DNA from: Antedon mediterranea
Lineage: Eukaryota; Animalia; Echinodermata
Assembly (NCBI RefSeq): GCF_964355755.1
Contig: NC_092671.1
Span: 5,580,001-5,644,000 of the forward strand
Direction of reading: 5' to 3'
Length of the DNA stretch: 64,000 nucleotides
Position 1 is the stretch's first letter; each line of letters starts with the position of its first letter. A program made the translations under genes and the position numbers. Of the stretch, positions 63,101-64,000 are shown in pieces. The notes below the pieces were generated by a model. It saw only the letters and a program-made list of their open reading frames with translations, was not told where the DNA came from and searched no databases.

Positions 63101-64000
63101 TTAATTATTTTGTCTAAAAAGACATGACCAGCAAAATATCAGGTTCTATCGAGACTTGAACTCGGATCACTGGATTCAAAGTCGAGAGTGCTAACCATTA
63201 CCCCATAGAACCGATGCTTGACAACGTAGAAGTAAAAAAAAATCAATAAAATAATAAATTCACGTTTAATTATTTTGTCTAAAAAGACATGACCAACAAA
63301 ATATTAGGTTCTACCGAGACTTGAACACGGATCACTGGATTCAAAGTCCAGAGTGCTAACAATTACACCATAAAACCGATGCTTGACAATATAGAAGTCA
63401 AAAAAATTTAATAAAATCATAAATTCACGTTGAATTATTTCGTCTTAAAACACATGACCAACAAATTATCAGGTTCTACCGAGACTTGAACTCGGATCAC
63501 TGGATTCAAAGTCCAGAGTGTTAACCATAACACCATCCGATGCTTGACGAAATTAGAAGTTAAAAGAATTCGACAAATATCAATTCTTTTGAAAAAAAAT
63601 TAAATCACGTTAAACTATTTTGTTTTAAAACGCATGATTAACAAACTATCAGATTCTACCGAGACTTGAACTCGGATCACTGGATTCAAAGTCCAGAGTG
63701 CTAACCATTACACCATAGAACCACTGCTTGCCAACGTAAAAGTTAAAAGAACTCGACGAAACAATTCTTTTGAAAAATAATTAAATCACGTTAAATTATT
63801 TTGTTAAAAAAGACATGACCAACAAAATATCAGGTTCTACCGAGACTTGAACTCGGATCACTGGATTCAGAGTCCAGAGTGCTAACCATTACACCATAGA
63901 ACAGGTGGTTGAGCAAAGAAGAAGTAAACGGAAATTGACGAAATGCAATTCTTTTTTTGAAAAAGAATTAAATCACGTTTAATTTTGTTATTTTAAGAGA

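Larger units (their letters stand above)
46324..64000 (-). tRNA. Tandem array of about 90 tRNA-Gln genes and pseudogenes (roughly 55 TTG and 30 CTG), period ~164-190 bp, continuing past the window end
   Basis: Unit AGGTTCTACCGAGACTTGAACTCGGATCACTGGATTCA(A/G)AGTCCAGAGTGCTAACCATTACACCATAGAACC is the reverse complement of tRNA-Gln. Most units have a T4 run 4 nt downstream and a T5 run further on. Counts are manual and approximate. Confidence 0.97.

Noticed and set aside
46324-64000. CRISPR-like array with an associated reverse transcriptase
   Set aside because: The repeat is a 72 nt tRNA-Gln gene, the spacers are homologous to each other rather than unique, there are no cas genes, and the RT is a LINE-type ORF with a TSD and tail in a eukaryotic context.
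46324-64000. Tandem tRNA-derived SINEs
   Set aside because: Units are full-length tRNA-Gln nearly identical to the solo genes, with immediate terminators and no SINE body or tail.

Overview
AT-rich animal genomic DNA with short GT-AG introns, probably a marine invertebrate (taxon is inference only). Left half: a complete 20-exon kinesin-6 gene (KIF23/MKLP1, minus strand, about 852 aa) sits head-to-head with an 18-coding-exon gene (about 1235 aa). That protein has an N-terminal MGCGGSK acylation motif, an acidic disordered region, RI-like leucine-rich repeats and a C-terminal RRM-like domain. The shared promoter carries CDE/CHR, CCAAT, ETS, Myb and RFX X-box-like motifs. Middle: two solo tRNA-Gln(TTG) genes, then MITE/SINE/LINE debris, including a 6.2 kb segment bracketed by ~290 bp inverted repeats. 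Right ~17.7 kb: a tandem array of about 90 tRNA-Gln genes and pseudogenes (manual count; mixed TTG and CTG anticodons, higher-order repeats, one TTA ochre-anticodon copy, one CTC copy) that runs off the window end. One array copy is split at its A box by a 5'-truncated CR1/L2-group retrotransposon with an intact RT ORF and a 6 bp TSD. Four other copies carry a TA to TAGGCCTA change at the same site. This suggests that the TAGGCCTA palindromes scattered through the window are DNA-transposon excision scars. A second scar class (21-47 bp inverted repeats with 7 bp TSDs, P-element-like) is also present. All calls come from reading the sequence by eye; no searches were run.
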